In this document: piece by piece, positions 1 through 12,845 of the stretch
Position numbering within the stretch: position 1 is the stretch's first letter
Layout: every line of letters begins with the position of its first letter
Origin: Leucoraja erinacea
Lineage: Eukaryota
Direction of reading: 5' to 3'
DNA: 64,000 bases
Assembly: GCF_028641065.1 (NCBI RefSeq)
Contig: NC_073398.1
Coordinates: 7,998,001 to 8,062,000, forward strand
Made by a program: the position numbers and the translations under genes
The notes under the pieces: model-generated
Databases searched by the model: none
Seen by the model: only the letters and a program-made list of their open reading frames with translations
What the model was told of the DNA's origin: nothing

Positions 1-609
1 TACCTGTACTTCTAGACCCCTCTGCTCTACAACACTCCCAGGACCCTACCATTCACTGTAAAGATCCTGCCCTGGTTTCACTTCCCAAAATGCATCACCT
101 TGGTTCCAATCTGCATTGAACTCCATTAGCTATTCCACAGCCCACTTGCCCAGCAGATCAAGTGGCTGGTGTAATTTTTGACAACCAGTTTCCCTATCTA
201 TGATACCACCCACTTCAGTATCATAGTATCAATTATTTAACCTGTCAGTGACATTTTTGTATTTATGTACAGTATTATCTGACATGATTGAATACTATGT
301 AAAACAAAGCTTTTCACTGTACACTGATACACATAATAGACCTAAACTTAAAACCTAACTGTTAGATAAACTGAGATAAAGTGTATCATTCTCAACACCT
401 TTTTACTGATGCATACTAGTTTCTTTATAATAGACTGCTGTGCCAGAGTAGTTGATCATTGATTTTTTTTTTAAATAAAGAGTTGAAACATTAAGATATT
501 GATACCGTAAAGCAGAAGAGTAAGGTAGTGGATATGGTTGGACCACTGTGGCATAAAGTCTGTGTTCTTTTTACTCAAGGTAGAGGGAAATAGATAGGGT
601 GAATGCACA

Positions 610-1050
610 GTTTAAGAAGGAACTGCAGATGCTGGAAAATCGAAGTGTTGGAGAAACTCAACAGGTGAGGCAGCATCTATGGAGCAAAGGAAATAGGTAA
701 CGTTTCGGGTCGAGATCTTTCTGCAGACTATCTGAAATTAGAGAAGTCAATGTTCATACCGCTGGGGTGAAAACTGCCCAAGCGAAATATGAGGTGCTGC
801 TCCTCCAGTTTACGGTGGTCCTCACTCTGGCCATGGAGGCGGCCCAGGACAGAAAGGTCGGATTCGGAATGGGAGGGGGAGTTGAAGTGCTGAGCCACTG
901 GGAGGTCAGGTAGGTTAATGCGAACCGAGCGGAGGTGTTGGGCGAAGCAATCGCCAAGCCTACGCTTGATCTCATCGATGTAGAGCAGGTGACATCTAGA
1001 TAGGTTAATGCGAAACGAGTGGAGGTGTTGGGGGTTAATTCGAACCGAGT
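610..1050 (-). mobile_element. Penelope-like (Neptune-type) 3' fragment with pLTR, inserted in a CR1 remnant
   Basis: pLTR end (gtttaagaaggaactgcagatgctgg) and degenerate GIY-YIG coding sequence homologous to 55850-56400. CR1 3' sequence is present on both sides (575-609, 1050-1325). Confidence 0.75.
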
Positions 1051-2274
1051 ATGCAGAGTATTTATCCCCACCAGAGTAGGGGAATCAAGAAGTGGGCATA
1101 GGTTTAAAGTGAGAGGGAAAAGATCTAATAAGTACCTGATGGTCAACCTATAGTGGGTGTAGGGAACCAACTACCAGAGGAGGCAGTTGCAGCATTTAAC
1201 ACATTTGCAGAAGTGCATGGACAGCAAATATTCAGAGGGATATGGGCCAAACGTGGGCGAATGGGGCTAGCTTAGATGGGACATCATAGTTGGCATAGAT
1301 GATTAGGCTGCTCCATGGTGCATGACTAACAAGTCAATATAACAATTTACATTCTGGATTTTGTTCATCTGGTTGTAGTGTCCACAATTCTTACCGCATG
1401 AACGGAGATAAAAAAAACTTGAACATTTCCCCAAAAGGTTTTTATCTTTAAAATATGGGACCTTGAAATCCATAATGAATCCTACTTGAAGTCTCATCAT
1501 TCTGTAACTTATGAAGCATGAAGCAGAAGCTCCCAGTTTACTTCTTCAGATGGTGCTTCTGTGGCAGTACGGAGCTGAACCACCACCCCTAGCTCTGGTC
1601 TACATAGCTGCCTCAAGAGACGTACTACTGGTTAGTAATTCGATCATTGTGCTTATTCTGCCACAATGAGATCATGATCAATCTTAACTCCATCTATCTG
1701 CTTTGCTCCATGCAGTAATAAACACTTGCCCGGCAAAAACTCCAATCAGGTCAGATTTAATGCAAATGAGAAAACATCTCTTGCTTTTTGAGAACATTTG
1801 TTCTGGCTCAGACTACATCCTTGATAATGTCTTCTCTTCCTCCAGTAGGCAAACCGCCAAAAATCACCAATTCAAGGAATAAAAGCTTTTTGTCTTATAA
1901 TGTTTCTCCTTATGACCCATCCACTTATAACTGATTCTGGTGAAGGAAAACAATAATGTGCAAAGGTACTCGCATGGCCAAGCAGTTTTTGTGGAGCTAA
2001 TATTTCAGGTTGACGAGCTTTCACTGATTCTGAACATCATCAATCTGAAAATGTTAACCGTTTCTCTTCCGAGATGCTGCCTGCCTTGCCGAGGATACCC
2101 ATCAGCCTTTAGTTCTCATTTTAGAGTCGACAGTACTTTGAACATATTGCACACTATCCACATATTCCTTTCAATGTATTATCTAACCTCTGGCATAGGC
2201 GTAGCAAAATATATTTTCCTTAATATTTTACACATCTGATAAAGCTTAAATTTGATCAACTTTGTAGCTGACTT

Positions 2275-2362
2275 AGACACAAAAAGCTGGAGTAACTCAG
2301 CGAGACAGGCAGCATCTCTGGATAGAAGGAATGGGTGACGTTTCGGGTCGAGATCCATCTTC
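2275..2362 (-). mobile_element. Solo Penelope pLTR mini-element with degenerate hammerhead motif
   Basis: Family sequence flanked by an 11-bp direct repeat gtag(c/t)tgactt at 2264-2274 and 2363-2373. Confidence 0.75.
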
Positions 2363-3088
2363 GTAGTTGACTTTTTGCACCTAACCATTACATTTTAGAT
2401 TTCTATATAAGTTGATGGTCATAGCTTTGGACCTCCAAAAAGGAGCGAGCACAGGAAAGGAAAGTTGGCAATGACGAAAGCTGAGAAGGAGCTGAATTCG
2501 GAAAAAGAATACCACCACTGACTTCATGGTGCATTGAGTAGGTATTGTTTCTCTTTGGTAAGTCAGAATTTTTGTAGGAGGGAAAAAGGTTTACTACAGA
2601 ACAAGTAGAAGATAGATGGCTTGATAAAAGATTTTTTAACATATTCTGAAAGTATTAACGTTGTTTTGCTGATTTTGTTACGAATAGTAAAGAATGCAGC
2701 TAATGACTTCAAATCTGGACATCTGCATTGACAGACTCCTTTTGAGCCTCTACAGTTTTTAAAGTTGGTCCCTGCATCAGCTTATAATTTGAACATTCGC
2801 TTCCTTGAATTTCTATCCCTTATTACTGTAAGTGTACTGTGGTACACTATACTAATAAACACAAAATAACACGAGTTTGTCTATTTTGCTGCCACGAGTT
2901 TATATTATATGAAACCACAAGTGCAAGTCAAAATTTCAATGCTGATGAGGCTTTATGTCTAAACATTTTGAAAATCATTGTTAATATTTTTGAAACTTGA
3001 AAAATCACCTTCCTATACAATTTATCCATAGTTTGGTGGAGAGAGGTCAAATGGAAAATACAATCAAAAGACACACATTACAATATAC

Positions 3089-3235
3089 TGAAGGTACACA
3101 AAAAAAGCTGGAGAAACTCAGCGGGTGCAGCAGCATCTATGGAGCTATGCTCCATAGATGCTGCTGCGCCCGCTGAGTTTCTCCAGCTTTTTTGTGTACC
3201 TTCAATTTTCCAGCATCTGCAGTTCCTTCTTAAAC
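3089..3235 (+). mobile_element. Penelope pLTR mini-element with 5' inversion forming a near-perfect hairpin
   Basis: Arms 3089-3145 and 3149-3204 with a 3-nt loop; 16-bp direct repeat acaatatactgaaggt at 3080-3095 and 3236-3251. Confidence 0.85.
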
Positions 3236-4664
3236 ACAATATACTGAAGGTTGTATTAAGTTTCTTTTTGAGACACAGAATTAATGTAAAATATTACTTT
3301 AAAATTTTAAGGATGAAGGATAAAACCTCTCTGTAAAAATATGACCTGCCTTTCAGGTACACTTGCAACAATTCTAGTAGAATGCAGATTGAGCTTTATT
3401 TTGGCCCTACCTGTGCTGCTTCTTCTAGACTTATGTGAAGTTTAGTTGTCATGTGTCAACCATGGAGCCATGTTCATAATGTTGTAGGAAGCCAGTCGGT
3501 CTGTCAGTACAAGTAAAAACAGCTCAAAGCCGAATTATTCAGAAGTACAATAATACACTGCTGCAGCACAAAATTGTACTATTTGGTTTGCAGTGTTAAG
3601 ACCACATACTATATGTGACCTATTGAAAAGTCAGGCTCTTAACAGGATGGCAATGTACATCACTTCATAAGTCTCAAGAATACAGTTATGTAAAGATATT
3701 ATGATTTCTATCATTTAAAAAAAAATCAGATTCAGACAATTATTGACATTAAGTTTTAAGAAAATTTGAAAGCATTTTCCATTAAGCACAAATGCAGGAT
3801 TTTAAAGTGCAATATTTCCATTCCTTCTGAACTTCGGGATTAACCACAGAAACTATGATTAAAATACAATGAGTCTTTCTGACAATCACACAGGGCAACA
3901 GCAATGTAAAGTTAATGTCGACACTGCTTAAGTGACATGCTCGGTTTGAAGAACTTGCTTCATACATAATAATAATTTAATGCTTGGTATGTTGAGGTGC
4001 CCAGGGTGTTTGTCTTTAAATGTGCTTGATCAGTGATTTAAAATCAATAGGAAGATTGAGTCATTGATGGAATTTGATGGATCTTTGCATTATATTAAAT
4101 TAATACCAGTCTTTGGAGAGAAAACCGCATTTAACAGAATAGAACAAAATAGGCGAGTACCCATTTTTGCATTTTAGCAATACAAGATGTTACAAGAAAT
4201 AGGAGATTATGGGAAGGATGAAGAGAAAGCATACTTCCACTGTTTTAAGACTTAACAAAATTAAAATTGTGATAATTTGATTACAATTAGCTCAATTGGT
4301 TTGAATAGAATAGAATTGAACAGAAAATTAATGATTGTCAGCATTGGAAAATAGGGACTGTGCATAGGACACACAAACAAGTAAAGCACAGGAACAGGTC
4401 CTTTGGCCTACAATATCTGTGCTGAACATGATGCCAAGATAATCTGATCTCCTCTGCCTGATCCTCTATAATCCTACATTTCTATGTACCCATCAAAAGT
4501 CCTCTTAAATACCACTATTGTATCCGATTCCACCACCACCCTTGGCAACACGTGCCAGGCACCCACCACCCTCCTAAAATGATCCCGCAGATTTTCTTTA
4601 AATTTTTCCCCTCTCCCTTTAAAGCTACACCCTCGAGTCTTCAGATTTGTTAGCACCTGTTATC

Positions 4665-4860
4665 GAGGCTGGTTTACAAAAAAACTCAAAGTACTGGAGT
4701 AACTTAGCTGACCAGACAGCACCTTTGGTAAACGGGAACAGGTGATGCTTTGGTTTGGAGTCCTCCTTTAGTCTGAAGGGTCCTGACCCAAACCATTACC
4801 TATTCATGTTCACCAGAGATGCTTCCTGACCCACAAAGCTATCCCAGCACTTTGCGTCTT
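4665..4860. mobile_element. Diverged head-to-head pLTR pair
   Basis: ctggagtaacttagc... arm and ...ccagcactttg arm in inverted orientation around a decayed ctgaagggtcctgaccc core. Confidence 0.65.
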
Positions 4861-5896
4861 TAATTATTTTAAATTAACTTTTATCTTTTCAAGATGTCTG
4901 TGGCTATTTTAAATATTTAAAAGCAGTTGCAAAGTCCTTGGCAGCAATAAATTGCCAACCAGCTATCAGGATGTTCCAGGGCAAAGTCAGAATAGCTACT
5001 GGTCCACACCGGATGATTACTCAGGATTTGCTAAACAGAGCACATTACAGCATAGACTCTTCGACCCCACAATGTCGTCGCTGAACATGATGCCAAGTTC
5101 AACTCATCTCCTTTGCCCACATGCAATCCACATCTGTCTATTCTCTCTATATACTTGCATCCATACAAAAGCCACTGGCGTGTCTGTCTCCACCACATTC
5201 CCTCTGCAGCATATACCAGGAACCCACAACTCTAAAATAAAAAATTGCCTCTCATCTCCTTTAAACTTTTCCCTTTCAACTTCACATAAGGGTTTTGGCA
5301 TGAAGCAAAGAATTCGATCCACACAGCCGCATATGGTTATTGCGGCTGTCAAAACAGCATTGAGGTGGTGTACCTTGAGCCCAACTACTTTTTATTTCCT
5401 TCTATAGATTAGGGAGTAGCAGCAACAGTAATGGGTCCAAAAATTAAATCCACAAAAGTAAGGGGTATACCTTGGGCTGATTCAGTATCCATTTTCAAAA
5501 AGTGTACAAAATGCATGCCGAATAGGGAACTGTAATCTCTGTCACTGGCATCACTTGTAACTGGCCAATTTTGGATGGATACAGAAGCCAGAATGGATGT
5601 ACAACGGATGGTACCCACACTCACCAACCAACCAGTTGTAAATGAAACCGCTCACATTACAAAGATGATGCTGCAGCCATTTGTCTGCAGATAAAGCACC
5701 ATACTCATATTGAAACCACCATTCATGTTTAGTGTATGCTCAATGGGAGTAATTCAGGTTGGCTGAATCCAAGTTCATTGAGTTCTCTAGATCAGAATTT
5801 CATTAACAGCTGTTATTTTATTTAGCCACTGATGTGAACACCACTTGCAAGCTGACATTTATTAGCCATCATTAATTGCTCTCCGGATTGAATAAA

Positions 5897-6102
5897 AACA
5901 AAGTTCTGGAGGAACTTAGCAGGTCAGGCAGCATCTTTGGAGAAAACGGACTGGCGATGTTTCGGGTCGAGAGCTTTTCTCTGAAGGGTCCTGACCTGAA
6001 ATGTCACCAATCCATTACCTTCACGGGAGTTGCCTGACCCGCTGAATTCCACCTGCACTGTGTTTTGTTTGAGATTCCAGCATCTGCAGTTCCACACGTC
6101 TA
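5897..6102. mobile_element. Head-to-head pLTR pair
   Basis: Minus copy (...gatgtttcgggtcgag) joined to a plus copy (ctgaagggtcctgacctgaaatgtc...cagcatctgcagttcc). Confidence 0.7.
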
Positions 6103-7516
6103 CAAATTGAGTAGCTTGGTGGGCAGTTAAGTCACGGCAGTAGATTTAGAGTTACATGTAGGTTGCACATAGGATGGCAGAATTACTTCATTGGAGGGCA
6201 ATTTAACAGTTTAATGTTCATCATTCCTGACATTATTTTATCATTCCAGGCATAATTACTTTAAATTCAAGTCAACTGTGCCAAGCATTTAGTTTTTCAG
6301 ATATTAATCCAGTAATGTAAGAATTGCTGTCATAATGCTAAAAGTGTGGAGCCATTAGAGTGAAACAAAGTGGCTGAAAATCAATACATGGAAATAGGCA
6401 CTTCCACAATCAGTGGACCAAAACGACAACGCTGGTTTATTATTAGCAACATGGGGTGGGTTGGATGCCAGATGAAAGCTCCCTTAATGACGAGAAACAG
6501 TTGCATGCTGATCTAAGGCACGTAAATATCTGCAACCAGGAACATCAAATGGATGATCCATCTTGGCCACCCCCCCTCAAAGGCCATGACCCAAGCAAGA
6601 ATTAGTCAGACCACTAGCTAATCTATCTCAGTACAACAACAGAATTACTCTCAAGAACATAATGACCCACTCCACCATTCAATATCATTGCAGATGATAT
6701 TTTATCTCAGCTTCACTTTCCTGCATTCATTGCATAAACATTGAGCCATTAAAGTCTATCATGCTCCTTCTTGAAATTGTTTAGTTTCTCAGCCCCGTGA
6801 CCACTCCCACATGAAGAATTCGAAAGATTCACTATAGATGTTTTCTCATCCCTGTCCCGAGTGGCTGACTCTTTATTTTTTTTGGATTAACTCCTGGTAC
6901 CAAACACACGAGTCAGAACATCTAGCCCGCCAAGCCCTTGGAGAGTTCTGTTCCCTTCAAATACTTCTAGTATTTCTAGTTTCCTCCACTGTGTCCATAT
7001 GCAATCTCAAAACCTTGCAAACAATCTAAACAGTTAAAATATAAAGGTGCATCAAAAAATGTTCCTCAGAAGTGGCATATCCTACAATATCAGGAATAAA
7101 GTCCTCAATTTTAGAAAGAGGAAATTTATAAGTCAGCCTATCAATTTGATAAGTCAGTTTGATTTTTGTCAATTCCACTATAGGTTTTCCACATCTCCTT
7201 GCACTTTATGGAAATGGAAAATAAATTTGCCAATGTACCCATGAAGTGAATAAATTAATTCTCAAAGGATAAAGTGTTCAAATTTGACCCAGGCATGTAG
7301 ATTACAGATGGTTTCAGATGTTTTAAAGCAAACTGCACATTAGGACAGGCAGGTGAATTTTAAAGTCCACAGTAATTTTAAAAGGAAAATAGGGATGTTT
7401 ATCTGAACGTATTCCCCTCTGGCAAGACAAGATTAGTGCCATAGCTCAATTTGTGCGTAGTTGACTATACGCAATACAATTGATTAAAAGACATTAGAAA
7501 TACACTTCAAACGTAC

Positions 7517-7630
7517 CGATAAATGTTTGGATCAAGGAGTAAAGCAGCATCCTGTGGTAGTTTTGACAAGTGAACTGTTTTTGTCCTCAGTTGTGATCTG
7601 TCATTTTCATTCACCCATACATCAGGCAAA
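7517..7630 (-). CDS. AEBP2: AEBP2 coding exon 7, C-terminal PRC2-binding region
   Basis: [37 protein letters not shown](R); acceptor cttttacAG, donor GTacgt; 114 nt, phase 2/2. Confidence 0.96.
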
Positions 7631-9054
7631 CTGTAAAAGAGAGCAAACAATTACCACAAAACAATTCCCGCTTTGCCTCAATGCTTTGTAAAATAATTCA
7701 CTTATATTAGCAGATGCCAGTTCTGCTGGCAAATGAACTCGGCCCAAAACACACATTTCACTAATTGTTTTGAGAACTTGCAACCCTCCTGTTCCTTCGC
7801 TTTGTGATCTGCCCACGCAAGTCCAGACCTCAGAGGGCCAAACAAACAAACACTTTACCTTCAGTACACCGCTGGTACATGTGCTGCTTCTTTCTCTCTC
7901 CACAGAAATTGCCTGACCTGCTGAGTATTTCAAACATTCCAGCTTTTGCTTCAGATTTCATGCATTGGCTATTTTGTTTTGCTTATTAATAACAAATGAT
8001 TTAAAAAAAATCTTAACACTCAGCCAATCATAGACCCACCCAATTCTTCAGTGAGGAGCTAGATTGAATATGCGAGTATTAGACAGTACGAATAGGTTTT
8101 GAAGCAACCGATCAGCCATTGAAGTGCCAGCTGATTGTGTTAAGAGTACGACAAAAAAAACTGAATCCTGAAAGAGGGAAAAGGTTACATTTACTGACCA
8201 AATTTAACCATAGGTTTCAACCACAAAACAGAGTGCCGATGTAGGGTCTCGGTTGCATGTGATGACCTATCCTTCGCCTCCACAGGGGCTGCTTGGTCGA
8301 CCGAATTCCTCCACCAGCTTTTTGGTCTATAATTCCAGCATCTAGAGACTTGTGTGACTTCCAATAACTACAAAAACAACTGCAGAGGGAAACTGGAAAC
8401 CTGAAATAAAGTGCTCCAACACTCAGGTGGCGAGGTAGCGTTTGCAGGTAAAGGCAAATGAGAAGGTTGCAGCTTGAAAATGCTGCCCAACCCACTGAGT
8501 TCCTCCAGAAATGTGTTTTGCACAAGATCCCCGCATCTGCAGTTCCTTGCATCTCCACGCAAGAGTTGCAATATGCCTGTTTGGAAACTGAGCTGCTCTT
8601 TGTAGTCTTCGTTGGAACATCATAAGAGGCCAAAGTTATAACGGTCAGTGGAAGCAGAATAAAAAATTAATATAATGGACAACAAAATTCAAGTTTACCC
8701 TTGTGAAATGATTGGTGGCAATCTATAAAGCAGTTACCCCTCCAATTTGTTTCTCCAATGAAGAGCTTAGTATTGATTGCAGTACACAAAGTTGTAAATT
8801 GTACAACTGAATTACTGCTTCTTCTATAAGGAATGCTCAGGTCACTGAACGGTGATAAAAGAGCAGATGTTGCACTGCCCGTAGTTACATTGTAGGATTC
8901 TGCGAGAAGGAGAATGGGTATTGGAGGGAAGACACACCCAAGGAGGTACTGGTCTCCTGATCCTTTGGAAAGCTCAAAGAAGGGAAGATATGCCTGGTGT
9001 TAGTAGTATGCAAAAGCTGGCAGAAATTATAGTTGATCTCCAAATGTTGATGCC

Positions 9055-9147
9055 GGACACAAAATGCTGGAGTAACTCAGCGGGATAGGCAGCATTTCTG
9101 GAGAGAAGGAATGGGTGACGTTTCGGGTCAAGGCCCTTCTTCAGACT
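9055..9147 (-). mobile_element. Solo pLTR with intact minimal hammerhead core
   Basis: Minus strand reads CTGAAGA-agggccttgaccc-GAAA-CGTC at 9116-9144. Confidence 0.75.
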
Positions 9148-9346
9148 TTTTTCTTTTATGAAAGGAAAGTAATTTTGAAACTTCTGGCATGGAATGCCTT
9201 GTCATTACAGCAGATACGATGGGAAGATAAGAGAAACTGAGATGAATAAGATAGAATTATCAAGTAACATAGCACAGTCATGGTTGCCGAGGAACACAGT
9301 GCGCATGTAATGGATATTGATTGCTAGCCTGAGGTGCTGGTAGAGC

Positions 9347-11081
9347 ATGCTGAAACCTGGGAAAGCAGCAGGAATCGATGATGTACTGACGGAAATGATA
9401 CAGCAACTTGGACCTAAAGCAAAGACCTGGTTCCTAGCAATGCTGAACTCATGCATGGCACAGAAAACAACCCCACCTGTATGGAGAAAGGCCAAGACTG
9501 TCGCAATTCCAAAACCTGGAAAGGACCCATCATCCCCAAAGAGCTACAGACCCATTTCCCTCCTCTGCATCACCTACAAGCTCTACGAGAGGTTACTACT
9601 CCAACGCCTTATGCCACTTATAGACTCCAAGCTTACTAAAGATCAAGCTGGCATCCGACCTGGCCGCTCCTGTGCCGGGCAGCTACTGAACGTCACCCAA
9701 CACATTGAGGTCAGTTTTGAGTGCAAACTCATCGCCGGAGCAGCTTTCATAGATCTCACCGCTGCCTACGACACTGTCCAGCACCGCACCATGATCAGGA
9801 AACTTTTTGACATGACTGTTGACCTCGACCTGTGCCAAGTCATCAAAAGCCTTCTCAACAACAGGCGCTTCTTCGTTCAACTAAACGACAAGAAGAGCAA
9901 ATGGAAAACACAAAAGAATGGCCTACCACAAGGCAGCGTACTGGCCCCCCTCCTCTTCAACATCTACACCAACGACCAACCACTTCCCCCACAATGCCGC
10001 CGCTTCATCTATGCTGATGATCTCTGCATCACCACCCAACAGGAGAACTTCCAGAAGATCGAGTCTGTCCTGGAAAGTGCCCTCCAAGAGATGACAACCT
10101 ACTACAATAACAGCCACCTGAAACCCAACCCATCAAAAACCCAACTATGCAGCTTCCATCTTAAAAATCGAGATGCAGGAAAACAACTGAGCGTCTCATG
10201 GGATGGCCGCAAACTCTCCAACCACCTCCACCCCGTGTACCTCGGAGTCACACTCGACAGGACACTCTCTTTCAAAACCCACCTTCAGAACACCAAAGCC
10301 AAGGTCAACACTCGCAACAACATCCTGCGCAAACTGGTAAACTCAAAGTGGGGCGCTGATCCACCAACCATCCGTGCAACTGCCCTAGCCCTGTGCTTCT
10401 CCACAGCTGAATACGCGTGCTCAAGCTGGAGCCGCTCCCACCACACCAAACTGGTTGACACAGCCCTCAACGACACCTGCCGCATTATCACGGGATGCAT
10501 AAAGACAACGCCAGGCCCGTGCCTCTACGCCCTAGCTGGTATTGCCCCCCCCCCCCCCCCCATATCAGACGATCCATCGTCGCCCAAGACGAGCGGAGAG
10601 CACAGGAGACCGATACCAGGCACCCCCTGCACGGACACACAGCACCTCCACCCCGACTGAAATCTAGAGCCAGTTTCTTGCAGACAGTCCCACCTCTCCA
10701 GACAACCAAAGAAACAGCAAGGACCAACATCTGGAAAGATGATTGGAACCAGCTCAACATACGAGCCCACGACTGGATGGAGAGAGGAATCATTCCAACT
10801 GAATGCCTCGCCAGCTGGCACGACCTCGCATGGCCAACCTGGAAGACCCTCAACAGATTACGAGTGGAGCAGGGGAGGTGCAAAGCACTTATGAAAGCAT
10901 GGAACTACCAGGCAGAAGACACATGCAGCTGTGGAGCAGTACAGACAATGTCCCACCTACTGGAGTGTGACGACGCCCCCCAGTGCAGCCCCCAGGACCT
11001 GGCTGAACCGACCCGACCAGCTGTGACCTGCGCCAGATACTGGCAGAACGACATCTGAGATTGCAACGGACTCGAAGAAGA
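9347..11081 (+). mobile_element. 5'-truncated non-LTR retrotransposon, Vingi/Ingi-like (RT plus C-terminal Cys/His motif)
   Basis: ORF 9347-10660 has YRPISLL, PQGSVLAP and YADD motifs. It continues after one frameshift in a 17-C run (10545-10561) into ORF 10495-11058, ending in CSCG...QTMSHLLEC. No RNase H is evident; short gaagaaga 3' tail. Clade assignment is from motif recognition only. Confidence 0.85.
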
Positions 11082-12059
11082 CTTAAAGGAAAAATCCAAG
11101 GTGGACCATGCAAAGTTGGCAGCAGGGTAGGAATTGGCAAAGGCAAACCTCGTTCCAGCAAAAATCCAAATAGGAGAGAAGATTTAAAAAATGCAATCAT
11201 TGTTTGGGCATTGCGAAAAACTAAAAATGGTTACGATGAACACAGTACAATGGATTTAGATTTATAAAGAGGTAAGAAGGCAGCAGACATAATGGGAGCT
11301 TGAAAATAGGTGACAGAAATCTTGGCTAGAAAATGGACTTTATTAAAGCCAACATGGCCGAGGTGGGTGGAGAGGGTTACAGATGTTAATTACAAGGCTC
11401 CCTGAAGATTCAGTGCCAAGAAAAGGTTGTTTACAGCATCAATGTGGTATATAATTGTGGAGGGTTATAAAACCTGATATTTCGATAATCAGAATCAAAA
11501 ACAATACAGCCTCAGTTCACAACCGCATGTAGGTTTCACTGGATGAATAGGGTTGATGAAAAAGACAGAGACCAAACAAGTTTTTGTGAAAAAAATCAAC
11601 GGGGGGGGGGGTAAACAAAGAGTTGAGAACAAATTTGTTGACAACAAAATAAGATGGGAATAAAGTTATTGTAGTAAAAGTCTAATGGAAACTGACTTGG
11701 TGAGACTGGACATGGATGTTAACACTGATCACCAGCACAAAGGCAAGACAACTCAACAGCGCGGTAAGCACAGGTTGTTGCATGGGCTACAAACCATTCT
11801 GGGCTTCCAATGTAACTAGAGAATTCAGACAGACTGCGTTCCAGAGGATACAAAATTCGAAGGTAAAAGCAAAACAAATAGATTTGAGTTGCTCTAACGA
11901 ACCACCAATCCAGAAAGTCCAAAAACGTTCCTTCATCTTTATTTTTCTGGTAACTTTCACTGACCAGTTGGAAAGTAGCGTCATTCAGGAGTCAAAGGAA
12001 GCGGTTTCAAGATTGAACTGGGCATTTCGTCAGTCTTCCGAAAAAGACCAAACCACTTT

Positions 12060-12440
12060 ATTCCTTGGAGCGCAGGAGGCAGAGGGGTGGTCTTACAGTG
12101 GTGTATAAAATCAAGAGGAGGATAGGATGAATGCACAAAGTATTTTATCCAGGAAATATAATCATCAAACCAGAGGCCATTGGTTTCAATTAAGGGCAAG
12201 ATTTAATAGGTACCCGAGGGGCAACTTTTCACTCATACAAATTGAGCTGCCAGAGGTGGTACTTGAGACAAGTACTACGACAACATTTAAAAGACACTCG
12301 GGCAGGTGAGGTGCATGGATAGGAAAGCTTTTGGATATTGGTCAATCGCAGGCAAAATGGTACTGGCATAGATGGGACATCTTGGTCAGCATGGATGAGT
12401 TGGGCCGAAGGGCTCGCTTCCATGCTGCATGAGTATGACT
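12060..12440 (+). mobile_element. CR1/HER1 LINE 3' remnant
   Basis: Degenerate match to the C-terminal coding region and 3' UTR type seen in the CR1 at 33385-34418. Confidence 0.65.
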
Positions 12441-12644
12441 CGAACTGTAGGTGCAGGACACCTAATTTAAAATCAGCAAATGATTGAATATCTGGGTGAA
12501 GACTGTTCCTTTCCACATGTGCTGCCTGACCTGCTCAGTATTTCCAGCAGCTTCCTTTTGATTTCTCAGATCTCTGCAGCAGTCAAACAATTCACATTTG
12601 GTCTAATATGTGCTCTGGTATAAACTCTATTTTTTTTTTTTTTG

Positions 12645-12845
12645 CACACAAATTGCTGAACTCTCACAGCAGATCATGCAGTATCTCAGGAGAATGTGGA
12701 TGTTTCGGGTCAGGGGCCTTCTTCAGACCGAAGACATAATTGAAGAGTCCCAGCTCGAAACGTAACTAAACTATGTCATGCTGCCAGACCTGACGAGTTA
12801 CTCAAGCAGTCTTTGTTTGGAAACCAGCACCTGCAGTTCCTTGTT
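12645..12845. mobile_element. Head-to-head pLTR pair
   Basis: tgtttcgggtcaggggccttcttcag followed by the inverted gaagagtcccagctcgaaacgt...ccagcacctgcagttcc. Confidence 0.65.

Noticed and set aside
9280-9346. Possible HDV-like ribozyme or 5' inversion ahead of the Vingi-like ORF
   Set aside because: I could not build the pseudoknot pairing or match an element peptide by eye, and no TSD defines the boundary.
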